The notes under the pieces were generated by a model. The model made no database searches. It was not told the DNA's origin and saw only the letters and a program-made list of their open reading frames with translations. From a virus (taxonomy: Duplodnaviria > Caudoviricetes): DNA of 64,000 bases. The stretch spans positions 32,001-96,000 of the IMG/VR virus record IMGVR_UViG_3300011008_000071. One strand, given 5' to 3'. Each line of letters starts with the position of its first letter. Within the stretch, counting starts at the first letter, position 1. The position numbers were made by a program, and so were the translations under genes. Shown one piece after another: positions 20,720 to 31,600 of the stretch.

Positions 20720-21061
20720 TTAGATATTGGCTGCCGCGGCATGGAAGCCTTTCATTGCGTCTCTGATCGTTTCGATAACATCGCCCGTTGCAGGAAGCAT
20801 ATTAATAGGGCAATTCATTGTGAACTCTTTCGGATGGAAGTAGTCGCAGTATCCCGGTCTTTCGCAGCGATAAGCCTTGACCGTTTCATCATCACCCTGA
20901 AATACGATGTTCAGATGGGATAAGCCGTCTTTGCACACATTTACCTGATGCTTCGTTGAGTAGATCTGTAAGGACCAATCTCCACCAGGAAGCTTGTGAT
21001 CTCCCACATCATTTACCGGAGCAGTCCGTATCCACTCATAAAGATCTCTTAAAGTTGTCAT
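20720..21061 (-). CDS. Hypothetical protein
   Basis: 113-aa ORF with RBS and upstream ATATATTAT motif. Confidence 0.7.
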   Translation of the reverse strand: MTTLRDLYEWIRTAPVNDVGDHKLPGGDWSLQIYSTKHQVNVCKDGLSHLNIVFQGDDETVKAYRCERPGYCDYFHPKEFTMNCPINMLPATGDVIETIRDAMKGFHAAAANI

Positions 21062-21159
21062 AATTCATGACCTTCCTTTCATTTAAATTTGATAATCTAT
21101 GATTATCTTCTATATTGATAATATATTCGCAAAATCGACGAAGATACGATAAAAGTAAA

Positions 21160-21186
21160 AACCAGCAGGGCTAAGCCCTGCTGGTT
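21160..21186 (-). terminator. Rho-independent terminator
   Basis: AACCAGCAGGGC-TAA-GCCCTGCTGGTT followed by U-run on the minus strand. Confidence 0.7.
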
Positions 21187-21191
21187 GTTCA

Positions 21192-21995
21192 TCATTTAAG
21201 AAGATCAATAAACATACGGAGAAGATCTGCCGTACCGTGGATGGTTACTTTCTTCAATAACTGATCGATTGTATCTTCAGGATTTGCAACCCAGTTGTCA
21301 GTAGTATTGCTCAGGGTTATCCTCTGGAGTCCGGCAATCGCATCATTCTCAAATACCATGTAATGTACCTGATCCGTCTCCTTATTGCTGAATGCGTAAC
21401 GGCGGTTGTCATTACTCGAGGACGGAATTAACATAGTATTGAATTTTCCCAGAGAATGGATGTGATTTGAACTGGTATCCTCATATAGATTCTCTTCGAA
21501 GTAATTGAAAAGATCTTGGAATGTAGGACCGTTCGAGCTTACCTCATCATCCGGAAGATCTTCCGGAACCCCCTTTTCTTCAGCTGGTTCAGTTGCAGGG
21601 ACAGGCTTATCAACAAGAGTAACTTCAACCTGATCATAGTCGGCTATGTTATTCTCTGTGGTTTCGATATTCGGAAGCGGGAGATGATTATCATGCCCAA
21701 CAGGTTCCTCAATAACTGATTCTTCATCCTTATAGTGAGTAACCTCGATAGCCGAAATCCTGGTAGCAACGTCTGTCATTGTCACCAAACATGGAATAGT
21801 TGTATGGTGTTTCATATATTTCATGATGTCTGCCATCCAGTCGGCCTGATCTTTAATATCTTCTGAACCATCGAAGTTCAATGTGAAGTTAGCGAATTCA
21901 ACTCCACAGTGAATAGACTTTTCATACATCCTATCGAATATCCAATCGACGAACTCCCGTTCGTCCTTCTTGCTAATGTAAATAACTGTATCCAT
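21192..21995 (-). CDS. Hypothetical protein
   Basis: 267-aa ORF, AGGAGG RBS. Confidence 0.75.
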   Translation of the reverse strand: MDTVIYISKKDEREFVDWIFDRMYEKSIHCGVEFANFTLNFDGSEDIKDQADWMADIMKYMKHHTTIPCLVTMTDVATRISAIEVTHYKDEESVIEEPVGHDNHLPLPNIETTENNIADYDQVEVTLVDKPVPATEPAEEKGVPEDLPDDEVSSNGPTFQDLFNYFEENLYEDTSSNHIHSLGKFNTMLIPSSSNDNRRYAFSNKETDQVHYMVFENDAIAGLQRITLSNTTDNWVANPEDTIDQLLKKVTIHGTADLLRMFIDLLK

Positions 21996-22004
21996 ATTAT
22001 CCTC

Positions 22005-23093
22005 CTAGCCGATTAAGGCAGTTAAATTAATTGGGAAATCAAAGAAGCGTTTGTTATTCAACGCCGATAATGACATGAAGTCGACTCTGTCCACAATCTG
22101 ATCTTGCAGTGAAGATTTGTCTGCTTCACTCATCATGTTGAATTGTGTGTCAATACTCAGACATTGGAATGCCTTCTTAACATCTGCTCTGATTTCCTGC
22201 GGGAATAGTTGAATTATCGAATCGATAGCATTAAAGTCTCTCAGGATGATATCCCGTTCCAAACCATTTCGAATGATTGCCAGGAATGTGGAATACCCGA
22301 ATCTTGGTGCCGCCTTGATATTCCTGATCTTACTACCTCGAATCGACAATAATAATCTGTAGTACATTTCGGATTTGAATATTCCTAGATCTACAGGAGA
22401 TTCATTCTTCACAATCGTCTGCACCGTACTTTCGATATCACTACAGATCTTGAAGTAGGAGTATCTATTCTTGATATACAGAGTGAGAAAGTCGGGGTTG
22501 AACAGATACAGGGTGTCGAACACATCTCCTGTCACGATCACGTTCTTCGCTCCGGATAAGGATGAAATTGCCTGAGGGATGATCGACGAATCAAACGTCT
22601 TGGACTTCAGGAAATATACCTTGGGAACATAGGAAATGATCAATTCAATCTCTGGTATAACGATCTCCGTTAGTACCTTTCCCATCTCTCGGAATTCCGG
22701 GTTCTGTAAGTATCGGTTTCTGTAGTATGACCTGTAATACTTATTGATGCAGGTCATCTCTTGTTCCTCTTCTGCAAGCAGGTCTGTATAGTAATAGTAT
22801 ATATTAACATTGCATCTCATCTTCTTGGCAAAGAGGAGACGGTAATGTGCAACCAGATTCAGAATCGCCGATTCCAGTTCAATTACGACCTGCTGCTTAT
22901 ATTGCACCAGAGAGGTTATCAGCCTCGACTGTAGTGTCAGGTTACGTAACACAGATTCGAAATTGATAAACACATTTAGGTCATCACCTGGTTGTATGTT
23001 TAACATACTCGAATTGATATGAATATCCAGATCTGCCCATCTGGCCATATATCTACCTGCGGCAACAGCTACCCCAGGATGGTATCCTTCCAT
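22005..23093 (-). CDS. Divergent 5'-3' exonuclease/flap-endonuclease-like protein
   Basis: VFINFES, VIVTGDVFD, and H3TH-like LSIRGSKIRNIKAAPRFG; next to the primase gene. Confidence 0.5.
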   Translation of the reverse strand: MEGYHPGVAVAAGRYMARWADLDIHINSSMLNIQPGDDLNVFINFESVLRNLTLQSRLITSLVQYKQQVVIELESAILNLVAHYRLLFAKKMRCNVNIYYYYTDLLAEEEQEMTCINKYYRSYYRNRYLQNPEFREMGKVLTEIVIPEIELIISYVPKVYFLKSKTFDSSIIPQAISSLSGAKNVIVTGDVFDTLYLFNPDFLTLYIKNRYSYFKICSDIESTVQTIVKNESPVDLGIFKSEMYYRLLLSIRGSKIRNIKAAPRFGYSTFLAIIRNGLERDIILRDFNAIDSIIQLFPQEIRADVKKAFQCLSIDTQFNMMSEADKSSLQDQIVDRVDFMSLSALNNKRFFDFPINLTALIG

Positions 23094-23108
23094 GTACAAT
23101 CCTCCTTC

Positions 23109-23300
23109 CTATAGTATATTCATAATGATTAACATGATGCATGCGACCCATCGCAAAGTCTCATCACCACTCAGTATCAGTGCTAACATAATTCCTCCAT
23201 ATAATGTATATGGAATAAGGATTATCAGTGTTGCAGCAGTAATACTGAATTGAGAAGCGAAATCAATCAACAGGTCACGGGGTCTCCTTATTTGTTTCAT
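23109..23300 (-). CDS. Small membrane protein
   Basis: 63 aa, mostly hydrophobic; overlaps the primase stop (ATGA). Confidence 0.55.
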   Translation of the reverse strand: MKQIRRPRDLLIDFASQFSITAATLIILIPYTLYGGIMLALILSGDETLRWVACIMLIIMNIL

Positions 23301-24271
23301 ACATTCTTATGGGCGAGCTTGATTTCTTCCAGCTTCACTCCTACGTCCTTTCCTATAACATTCCAGCACAACGTGATCTGTTTAAACATCCACTTGTAGC
23401 CCTTTAATCGGAATATCAATTCTTTCATATCAATTCCTTTGTCGATGTAAATCCTTACAGATACATTCTTGCCTATGATACCTTTTCCTATCATGTGTTC
23501 TAGGGCGGAGATATAGTCGGAACCCAGTGCAGCAATGAATGCAGAATTCTTGGTATCATAGAAGTTCTTGTAAACGGAAAGAATATCAAAAACACCTTCT
23601 GCAATATTGATAACAATCGACTCCTGGGTGAATATATCAATCTGGGATTTGATTGTATAGAATGCCCGACCCATGCCTCTCATGATTCCCAGCTTCCTCC
23701 AGGAATGATCTTCATCTGCTGGAGTTAATCTTCGAATCATCAACGTGGTCTTATCATCTGATAAGAATGTAATGGTTTCGCCTGGGTTGGGTAATGTGTT
23801 GCGGACCTTGGCGGAATCGATATATGGAATAATTCCTCGGAAATCCCATACGATTTTGAACCTATCATAGTCTTCGAATGAGAAACCTTTTCCAAGTCGG
23901 TTTTCAATATATGCAACCTGGTTGGATGCAATTACAGGTGTTCCTATTACCAGACTTACATCCGATACCGATGTTAATGGAATCTTCCTAGAGCGGTTTG
24001 TTAATGCCAGTCGCTGTACATCTTTGCTCAGACCGAGCTTCTTCAGGAAGTACTTGTTCACAATACCATGTGCATTACACAGAAAGCAATTATAGAGCAG
24101 AGGTTCCATCGGATCATTTGAGCATTTGATGTAACAATGGCTGTCTGTTGGGTCCTTCTGACTATCCCCACAGATAGGACATCGTATCCTATATTCCACA
24201 CCGTTAACAGGTTTGCATATGGGAACGCCTTTCTGAATCTCAGAAAGGATTTCATATTTCGTTGGTTTCAT
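23297..24271 (-). CDS. DNA primase (T4 gp61-like; Zn finger + TOPRIM)
   Basis: RCPICGDS...YNCFLC; IAEGVFD, AALGS, YIDKG, KDVG. Confidence 0.85.
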   Translation of the reverse strand: MKPTKYEILSEIQKGVPICKPVNGVEYRIRCPICGDSQKDPTDSHCYIKCSNDPMEPLLYNCFLCNAHGIVNKYFLKKLGLSKDVQRLALTNRSRKIPLTSVSDVSLVIGTPVIASNQVAYIENRLGKGFSFEDYDRFKIVWDFRGIIPYIDSAKVRNTLPNPGETITFLSDDKTTLMIRRLTPADEDHSWRKLGIMRGMGRAFYTIKSQIDIFTQESIVINIAEGVFDILSVYKNFYDTKNSAFIAALGSDYISALEHMIGKGIIGKNVSVRIYIDKGIDMKELIFRLKGYKWMFKQITLCWNVIGKDVGVKLEEIKLAHKNV

Positions 24272-24322
24272 CTTTACATCCTCCTTCATCCTTGTTAAAT
24301 ACAGAATATATCATTTTAAAAT

Positions 24323-24331
24323 ATATATTAT
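24323..24331 (+). promoter_or_regulatory. Candidate phage early promoter motif ATATATTAT (representative copy)
   Basis: 12 exact and 4 variant copies, each upstream of a gene in matching orientation. Confidence 0.65.
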
Positions 24332-24438
24332 CATAGTAGATGAATTAAGGACGAATGCCAACCGAAGCAGTAATTGTCCATGGAGAGGCATACTTATTCA
24401 TTGGCAAAATTAAAAATTTTATACAGGAGGAATTTTCA

Positions 24439-25617
24439 ATGGAAACATTAGAAAAGAAAGCAGTAATCATAGGCATTGGTAACTGTGGTTCCCAGGTTGC
24501 TAATCTAGCCGAGAAGAAGTACTCTGATCTCTTCGACTGTGTTTACATCAACAGCAGTGAAGCGGATCTTGCAATGGTTCAGACACAGAGTAATCTGAAG
24601 TACAAAATCGGCGACAGAGAAAAGATAGAAGGCTCAGGTAAAGACCGCAGTAAGATGAAGGAATATCTCAGAGCAGGAGCGAAGAAGATCATCTGCGATG
24701 AGGCATTCAGAGATGTTGTTGCCAGTAAGAAATATTGCTTCGTAGTTGCATCATCTGCAGGCGGAACAGGATCTGGTTCGGCACCACTTCTGATGGAACT
24801 TCTCCGTCAACTCTTCCCTGACACGCATTTCATTCTGATTGGCGTATTACCACAGCTGGCTGCATCGCTGATGGAGCAGGGTAATACACTTGAGTTCCTG
24901 AATGAACTGTATGAGCTGTTGGGTGACGACACTACGTATATGATTTATGACAATGAGACGGTTTCCGATCTCCCGCCTACGATGGCTCTGGAGAAGGTGA
25001 ATGAATCCATCGTTGAAGATCTGAAAGTTCTTACTGGTGTTGACAACTACCCCACACCATATGAATCTATTGATGAGGCAGATATGGAACAGATCATCAC
25101 GACCCCAGGGAGGCTTCTGGTTACCAGAATCAACAAGGGACTTACGGAGAAGGCGATGGAAGACAATCGTCTGGACGAGCTCATTGTTAAATCGATCAAG
25201 AACTCCAACCACTGCGAGACGGACCGCAACAAGAAGGTTATTCGTTGCGGAATAATCACATTCTTCACGGACGAAGTTAACAGACTTTATGCTCCGAACC
25301 TGGAAGGGCTTATCAAGTTCCTCGGAACCCCGAAGGAGAGATTCAATCATAACGCGGTAAACGGCGGTCAGGAATCATTGAACTTCCTGTACATGATTGC
25401 ATCTGGTCTCTCCCCGATCAATGACAGGGCAAAGAAGATCAATGAACGCATTGAGGAACTCAAGGAGATGTTGGCAAAGGATGACACCAACAAGTATGTC
25501 CTGTCCGGGGATGTTGAAACATACTCCAGTGCCGCTGAGAGAAGGAAGATGGCTTCAAAGTCCAAGGAAGGAACAGCAATCGACACGGCTGCCATCTTCG
25601 ACAAGTTCATGAAATAA
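24439..25617 (+). CDS. Tubulin/FtsZ-family GTPase (PhuZ/TubZ-like)
   Basis: IIGIGNCGSQVA (T1), SSAGGTGSG (tubulin signature), SIDEADME (T7 loop); AGGAGG RBS before the ATG at 24439. Confidence 0.92.
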   Translation: METLEKKAVIIGIGNCGSQVANLAEKKYSDLFDCVYINSSEADLAMVQTQSNLKYKIGDREKIEGSGKDRSKMKEYLRAGAKKIICDEAFRDVVASKKYCFVVASSAGGTGSGSAPLLMELLRQLFPDTHFILIGVLPQLAASLMEQGNTLEFLNELYELLGDDTTYMIYDNETVSDLPPTMALEKVNESIVEDLKVLTGVDNYPTPYESIDEADMEQIITTPGRLLVTRINKGLTEKAMEDNRLDELIVKSIKNSNHCETDRNKKVIRCGIITFFTDEVNRLYAPNLEGLIKFLGTPKERFNHNAVNGGQESLNFLYMIASGLSPINDRAKKINERIEELKEMLAKDDTNKYVLSGDVETYSSAAERRKMASKSKEGTAIDTAAIFDKFMK

Positions 25618-25640
25618 TTTCATATCATATCAATTACAAC

Positions 25641-25669
25641 TTCATACCCCGCAACAGGCGGGGTATGAA
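25641..25669. terminator. Hairpin after the tubulin gene
   Basis: TTCATACCCCGC-AACAG-GCGGGGTATGAA. Confidence 0.55.
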
Positions 25670-25701
25670 ATACTATTTTAACTCTAAGGAGGAGTTTTAC
25701 A

Positions 25702-27024
25702 ATGGCTAGTTTACCTGTCAAGGCAGTACAGGCAGTTGGAAAATGGTTAGGCGACAAGGCCCTGAAAACAATCGCCAAACCACTCGATGAAATGGTTGAT
25801 AAGAATATCACTGATATTACGACAACCATTGGCTCATTCGTCATCCGTAAGGTACGAGGAAAGTTCCAAAGATCATTAACATTCGAAGTCGGGGTTCATT
25901 ACGGCGACAATTGGATGGAAGAAGCCCTGTATGGAATTCTGTATGAGTATAACAACATCAAGAATTCCACCCAGGTTCACCTTACCAATATTCGCAAGCC
26001 CGGGAAACCTGATGACTTATATTCCACCCTCGGTGAAGGTACTCACAACATGAAGTACAGAGAGTGGAACATTCTTCTGTGTATTCAGAGCAGTACCATA
26101 GGAGGACATGGTACACCTGTTCGACATGTGACAATATACACCATCATCACGTATGATATGAATCCGAAGTTCGTCAAGATGTTCGAAGCCGACATGCGTC
26201 GTCACCGCAATGCCCTACTTCATATCAGTCCTGATTCTCCTACTCTGAATGTGTATACCGATGGTCATGAGAATGATGGTCTGACATACTGGGAATATTC
26301 GGCCCCAATTCCCAAACGCAGAATCAATACCATCTATCTCCCCAGAGAACAGCTGAAACGTATCATTGATACCATCAATGAGTTCTTCGCTAACAAGCAG
26401 TTCTATATCGATCATGGAATTCCGTGGACATTGAAGATCCTGTTCTATGGTCCAGCAGGTACAGGCAAAAGCAGTCTTGTTAAGATGATTGCTTCAGAAT
26501 GGAACCGAAATCTCTTCGAATGTTCCGGTGGTAAGATGGGCAAATTCATTCCTAACTGTCTAACAGACTATATCGAGGGAATGATTGACCCTGTTCTATC
26601 AATATCTGATGTCGATAAGTATCCAATCCTGATCAATGAAGCCGATACCAACATTGCAAACAAGGACGAGAAGCAGAGCGAAGAACAGCTTCAGTACAAG
26701 CAGATCTTCAATAAGATGATTAATGCTCTAGACGGCATTACCTCAGGCGAGAACAGAATCATCATCATGACCACGAATCACATTGAGAAGTTCTCTGAGA
26801 CATTCCTGAGACCAGGTAGAATAGATCTGATCGAAGAGATCGGCTATGTTACACCGGAAACATTCAGACGGTTCTTCCTTGATTTCTATAATATCGTCCT
26901 TCCGGAAAATATTGAACTCCGTGACGGCCCGTTGACCATTGCAGAAATGCAGAGAGACATTCTGTATTACAAGCTTGATTCAGATCAGTTCCTTGAGAAA
27001 TATCTGAAGAAAAATAAGAAGTAA
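25702..27024 (+). CDS. BCS1-like AAA+ ATPase
   Basis: Walker A GPAGTGKSS; NALDG...IIIMTTNH...LRPGRID; atypical Walker B (SISDVD). Confidence 0.85.
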   Translation: MASLPVKAVQAVGKWLGDKALKTIAKPLDEMVDKNITDITTTIGSFVIRKVRGKFQRSLTFEVGVHYGDNWMEEALYGILYEYNNIKNSTQVHLTNIRKPGKPDDLYSTLGEGTHNMKYREWNILLCIQSSTIGGHGTPVRHVTIYTIITYDMNPKFVKMFEADMRRHRNALLHISPDSPTLNVYTDGHENDGLTYWEYSAPIPKRRINTIYLPREQLKRIIDTINEFFANKQFYIDHGIPWTLKILFYGPAGTGKSSLVKMIASEWNRNLFECSGGKMGKFIPNCLTDYIEGMIDPVLSISDVDKYPILINEADTNIANKDEKQSEEQLQYKQIFNKMINALDGITSGENRIIIMTTNHIEKFSETFLRPGRIDLIEEIGYVTPETFRRFFLDFYNIVLPENIELRDGPLTIAEMQRDILYYKLDSDQFLEKYLKKNKK

Positions 27025-27033
27025 AAGATCAAA

Positions 27034-27060
27034 AATCCCGGTGGAATTTCCACCGGGATT
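27034..27060. terminator. Hairpin after the AAA ATPase gene
   Basis: AATCCCGGTGGAA-T-TTCCACCGGGATT. Confidence 0.6.
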
Positions 27061-27200
27061 ACGAATTTATTTTTGTCAAAAATGGGCAAATTTTGGTCAT
27101 TTTTGGTCAATGTCCCACACTTTGCGAAAAGTAAAATTTCCAAACACCCTCTAGCTCCCAGCTCTGGCCGAGAAAAACGGATCCCGATTTTTCAGATATA

Positions 27201-27359
27201 TATTACATGTATAGACATGTAAATGTCTGTACATGTAACTCCTTGACAGTCGTTCCATGATCGACATGGATGAGTAATCATGTATAGTCATCCATGATTA
27301 CTACAGTCATGACATAGTCATGTAATCCATGTCTATACAGACTGTCTATACATGTAATA
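27201..27359. repeat. CATG-rich element bounded by 17-bp perfect inverted repeats (candidate origin or centromere-like site)
   Basis: TATTACATGTATAGACA (27201-27217) vs TGTCTATACATGTAATA (27343-27359); 11 CATG counted inside. Confidence 0.75.
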
Positions 27360-27465
27360 ATTCTCAGTGGAGTTTTCAATTTTTGAGGGTTTTCAAATTG
27401 ACTAAAATTGAAGATAATCAACCGTGGGTAAGACGGTTGATTATCACTATATTATTCTTTTCTGA

Positions 27466-28569
27466 TTATGCCTGTAATTCTCTTTCTATTACACTTATTC
27501 TGCCCGATAATGTTATTACTTCATTCCTCAGGTTATTCAATTCAGCCAGTATCTGCTCTACAGGTAGAGATACCTGCTGATCAATCTTTGATCTCAGTTC
27601 CATCAGTTCCTGTCTGATTTCAGGTATCTCTACGTTAGCTGATGATTGTATTGATACAGGCTGTGTATTTTCTAACTGGGTGATACGGTCAAGTATGATA
27701 GAGATATCATCAGTAGAAGCTTTGCCTAACAAAACACTGTCTAAGCCTGTAATGTCTTCGACGGTTAGTTGAGGTAAATCTTCTTTTGTCAGGTTTGATA
27801 CTCCTGTAATCTGCCCAGTACTGGATACAGTCAGCTTCGTGTATATACCAGGTTTGATATCGGTCTGCATGGCATCCAGTCTGGAAAATACAGTATCTCT
27901 GATATTGTTAATATCATCAATGGATGCCATATTCAGTATCCTGGATTCTATCTTCTGTAATCTACCTGTCAACTGAGTAGGAATATCCTGCATGGTCAGT
28001 TCAGAACCGCCTGTAACTCGACCTTTGGAATCCCAGAACACCTTGCAACCATTACCGGCTATGGTAGAGAATCTATCCTCAGTCACTGTAGGAATACTTG
28101 CTTTGATCAGCTCAAGATTCTCTGCCAATCCAGATATCTTCTCAACAGGGAGTTCTGGGATATCCTCAACCAACAATGGTGAAGCGTCTATGACCAAACC
28201 ATGGTCATCGACATTCACCTTACACCCGCTAACAGCAGGAATAGATTTTTTAGTGAAAGAATCAAATGCCGACGAAATGCGGGACAATTCCGCCCGCCCG
28301 GGCAGTGATGAAATGAGGTCACGTAGTCCAGTTACCTTGTCGATTGGAATGTCAGGTATATCGGAAACGTCAAGTGGAGAACCGGCGTACACCAGCCCCG
28401 CCGCGTTGTATGCCACCTTACATGCCATTCCAGGAGATATTGGTTTCTCTGCTTTCACGGATGTTTTGGAGTCTATCTTCAGAGCTGTTAATTGTTTCTT
28501 TGCTGCCTCCAGCTCCTGCTCCAGAGTCCGTATTCTATTCTGTATATCATTGATTATTTCAGTATTCAT
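27466..28569 (-). CDS. Tail-fibre-like repeat protein with coiled-coil termini
   Basis: Four repeats of GxxxKVxxxxxGxVxxxxxLxxxDIP, plus ITGL motifs. Confidence 0.65.
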   Translation of the reverse strand: MNTEIINDIQNRIRTLEQELEAAKKQLTALKIDSKTSVKAEKPISPGMACKVAYNAAGLVYAGSPLDVSDIPDIPIDKVTGLRDLISSLPGRAELSRISSAFDSFTKKSIPAVSGCKVNVDDHGLVIDASPLLVEDIPELPVEKISGLAENLELIKASIPTVTEDRFSTIAGNGCKVFWDSKGRVTGGSELTMQDIPTQLTGRLQKIESRILNMASIDDINNIRDTVFSRLDAMQTDIKPGIYTKLTVSSTGQITGVSNLTKEDLPQLTVEDITGLDSVLLGKASTDDISIILDRITQLENTQPVSIQSSANVEIPEIRQELMELRSKIDQQVSLPVEQILAELNNLRNEVITLSGRISVIERELQA

Positions 28570-28602
28570 ATCGATCCCTCCTAAGACCAAACCTTTAATA
28601 AT

Positions 28603-28639
28603 TTAAGCATCGGTTTTGCCCTGTGGAACGCAGTATTAA
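28603..28639. promoter_or_regulatory. Candidate back-to-back late promoters AAC-N7-TAA
   Basis: AACCGATGCTTAA (minus, 28615-28603) and AACGCAGTATTAA (plus, 28627-28639) before divergent structural genes. Confidence 0.4.
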
Positions 28640-28671
28640 ACCGAAAATCTATTGAGAGGAGTTGTTTCCAA

Positions 28672-31600
28672 ATGCGGAATAATATGTATGAAGGCAGATG
28701 GAGCCCATTCGATCCCATCTGGTATCAGCAAGCATTTGACAAATTTATTTCCACGGCAGATGAATTGTTTAACCAGGACGAAATCATCGCCGCTGGTTAT
28801 GAGCTCCCTGAGTCCGATGGATCTAAATCATCGGTCTTTCACCATGATGCAGTTACTAATAACTCATTCGATGAGATACAGCTCCGTGAGACCCTGAAAG
28901 ACATTTACTTGAATTCTCATAACCGTCTCATGGCTGCCAATCATGACAACGTTCATTTCTTTCAGTATCAGTGTACGATGAAAGACGTGAAGTTGATTCC
29001 GAATACCAGATTCTGTGAACTTACCATCCCTACAGAATCCCTGATCACATCACGTGATAAATACAAGTTCCAGCAGTTTTACCGTAAGTGGATCCCTATT
29101 ACGGATCTCCTGAACTCTTGGGACGTGTTCAAATTCTCCGTCCTGTTATTCATCAATCAGAAAATCTATTCTGAGTATGAGTTGCGGATGGATGACCAGG
29201 AGACGGTAATCCGTTTCAAGTATTATGATCACTGGATAGACAACGACTATACTATTTATATATACAAATTCGATACCAATGCTCAGTGTAGAGTAAAGGT
29301 ATCGAAAGAGTTGATTCTTAATCAGTGGAATTGGAAGATGCCCATATCCTATCTTCCTGATAAGCGTATCCTAAATTCCAATAAACTGATCTGTGCATTC
29401 AACAAGATATCGGATATGAATATCCGTACAGACGGCATTACCAAGGCGGAAGTCATGGGTGATAACCTGGAGTTCCTCACGATCGAAGATGGGTATATAG
29501 ATCTATCCAAATGCAGTGAATTCAACAAGCACCTGATGGTTACGGACAACCAGCAGTGGATATGGATGACCATCATCTGTCCGAAGTTCATGCATGAGTT
29601 TCCGATACTGAATCCGACAGATGTAATCTACCGTCCATATGTCCCCAGATACAAACAGATCAAAGTCAAGGATAATGGGATCTGGAAGAATGTCAGAACG
29701 GATGTTAACTCCGAGAGAAAGAATGTATACATCAACATGTATGACCCTCCGGCCAATCTAAGTTTCTATATCAATGAAGATGATGAACTCGTCATTGAAT
29801 ACAACGGAAATGACGATCTGGAAGTTGGAACGGACATATTCATTGATGAGAATGGGTATGTGATTCTGAACTCAAATGCTTCCGGTGTTGATATCGAACT
29901 TTCCAAGTACTACTTCAAAGAAGATGGAAATGGAGAGTTGAATGTATACTATTCATGGAATGATGGATGGAATTACATCATTCGACCAATTGTTTTATCA
30001 GATGCATATGATGTCCAAGATATGGACGTGTATGACCTGATCAATGCGGATATGGAACAGCTTAGACAGTTGACCATTGAAGCAGCAGATATGGTTGAAA
30101 CATTCCGCAGCTTCATCACCTATGAATACACCTCAGATGATGACTTCTTCACCAAGTTCAATGCTTTGATCGCCAAGTTCGATGAGATTCATACATATCT
30201 GAATGAGTATATGACCAAGAAACGGATGTCATATATCACAGAGTATGAAGCTGTATGGGAAGAGTTCCATGAAATTGCAGAAGAGATCATATCTACCCCA
30301 GGTACGGTTGTAACCAGAAACAATCCTGAAGATGAACTTAAGACGGTGAATGCTTACTATGCAATCACTCGTTTCCATCGGCAGCATTCCAAATATAAAG
30401 ACTTCTGGGCATTCATATCTCCTTTGATATATATTCCCCGTGAGTTTGCAGATAGATATGAAATATCCATCATCACTTCCAGAATTGGAAATGTTACTCT
30501 CTGGGAGGATCCCAAGAAGGCAACTACTAAGTTGAGATTCAAACGCCCCGTGGACACATCTGATTTCTGGACCTTCGAGTACGATCAGGATGATCAAGTA
30601 TGGAGACCATATATGCTTAATATTGATCACCGTTTCCCGGATGTATATCTCCTGACGGATCCAAATGAGGAAACTCCTACACCGAATCGTGTATTCAAAT
30701 CTTTCATATTCTATTCTGATACGATGAATGTTAGAGAACCCAGCTCTGATATCGTTAGAGCATCTGCTTCATGGGATGATGATATGAATGAATTCGAATA
30801 TGATAAGGCAGGATCATACCGGAATATCTTCATGGAGAAGTTCTACTGGATGGCTGTCAAGACCATCTACAGAGGAATCATGATGACGAACTATAGGTGG
30901 GAATGTATTGAATATATTCAAGACAATGCCAGCTATGAACGTTTCAATGCCCTGTTCCTCAACACAATGGAGCCATATATCAAGATGGGCGAAAGCACAT
31001 ATCTCAAGTCGGATGATTACGGCTTCCTCGTGGATAATCGAATCTCGAAGATGAATGAATACCTGAAGGCATCCTTCCTCGGGTATAATCAAACCACAGG
31101 GTTTGAGATGTATCTTAACAAGACATGGAAGCCTTCATACTATGATTTCATTGTGAATGTTGACGATAACTTCCAGGGCGATATGAGATTGGTTAGAAGA
31201 CCTAGATCCACATTCGATACCAGACGTGTGATCAAGACTCTGCAGGAAACCCAGTTTTATATCTCCGGAGCAATCAAGGTGCTGAATAAGAATATTGAGG
31301 AAATCATTTCCGACATCAAGTATTCAGGACTTAACTTCCAGATTGAGTTGCTTGAAGAGCTTTTCGATCTTACATCCAAACTCCAATCCAATATGGACAA
31401 ATGTATCGAGTTCGTAAACAACCTCGATCTTGATATATATTCCATAGAGGATGTAAATACAATCATCAGATACATTGAAAGACATTATGAACTCATAGAG
31501 ATTATCAAGGATAAATTCTCCGGTATCAAAGACTTGCTTGGAGACCCTTCCCTGTTTGACGCCAAACTCACAATTCTTGAAGCGATATCCGCTGTGATCA

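Noticed and set aside
24439-25617. Host ftsZ or a bacterial chromosome origin for the window
   Set aside because: No dcw-cluster genes; the context is entirely phage-like and the sequence is divergent from FtsZ.
27201-27359. CRISPR or mini-array
   Set aside because: No constant-length direct repeats with unique spacers; only short palindromic words.
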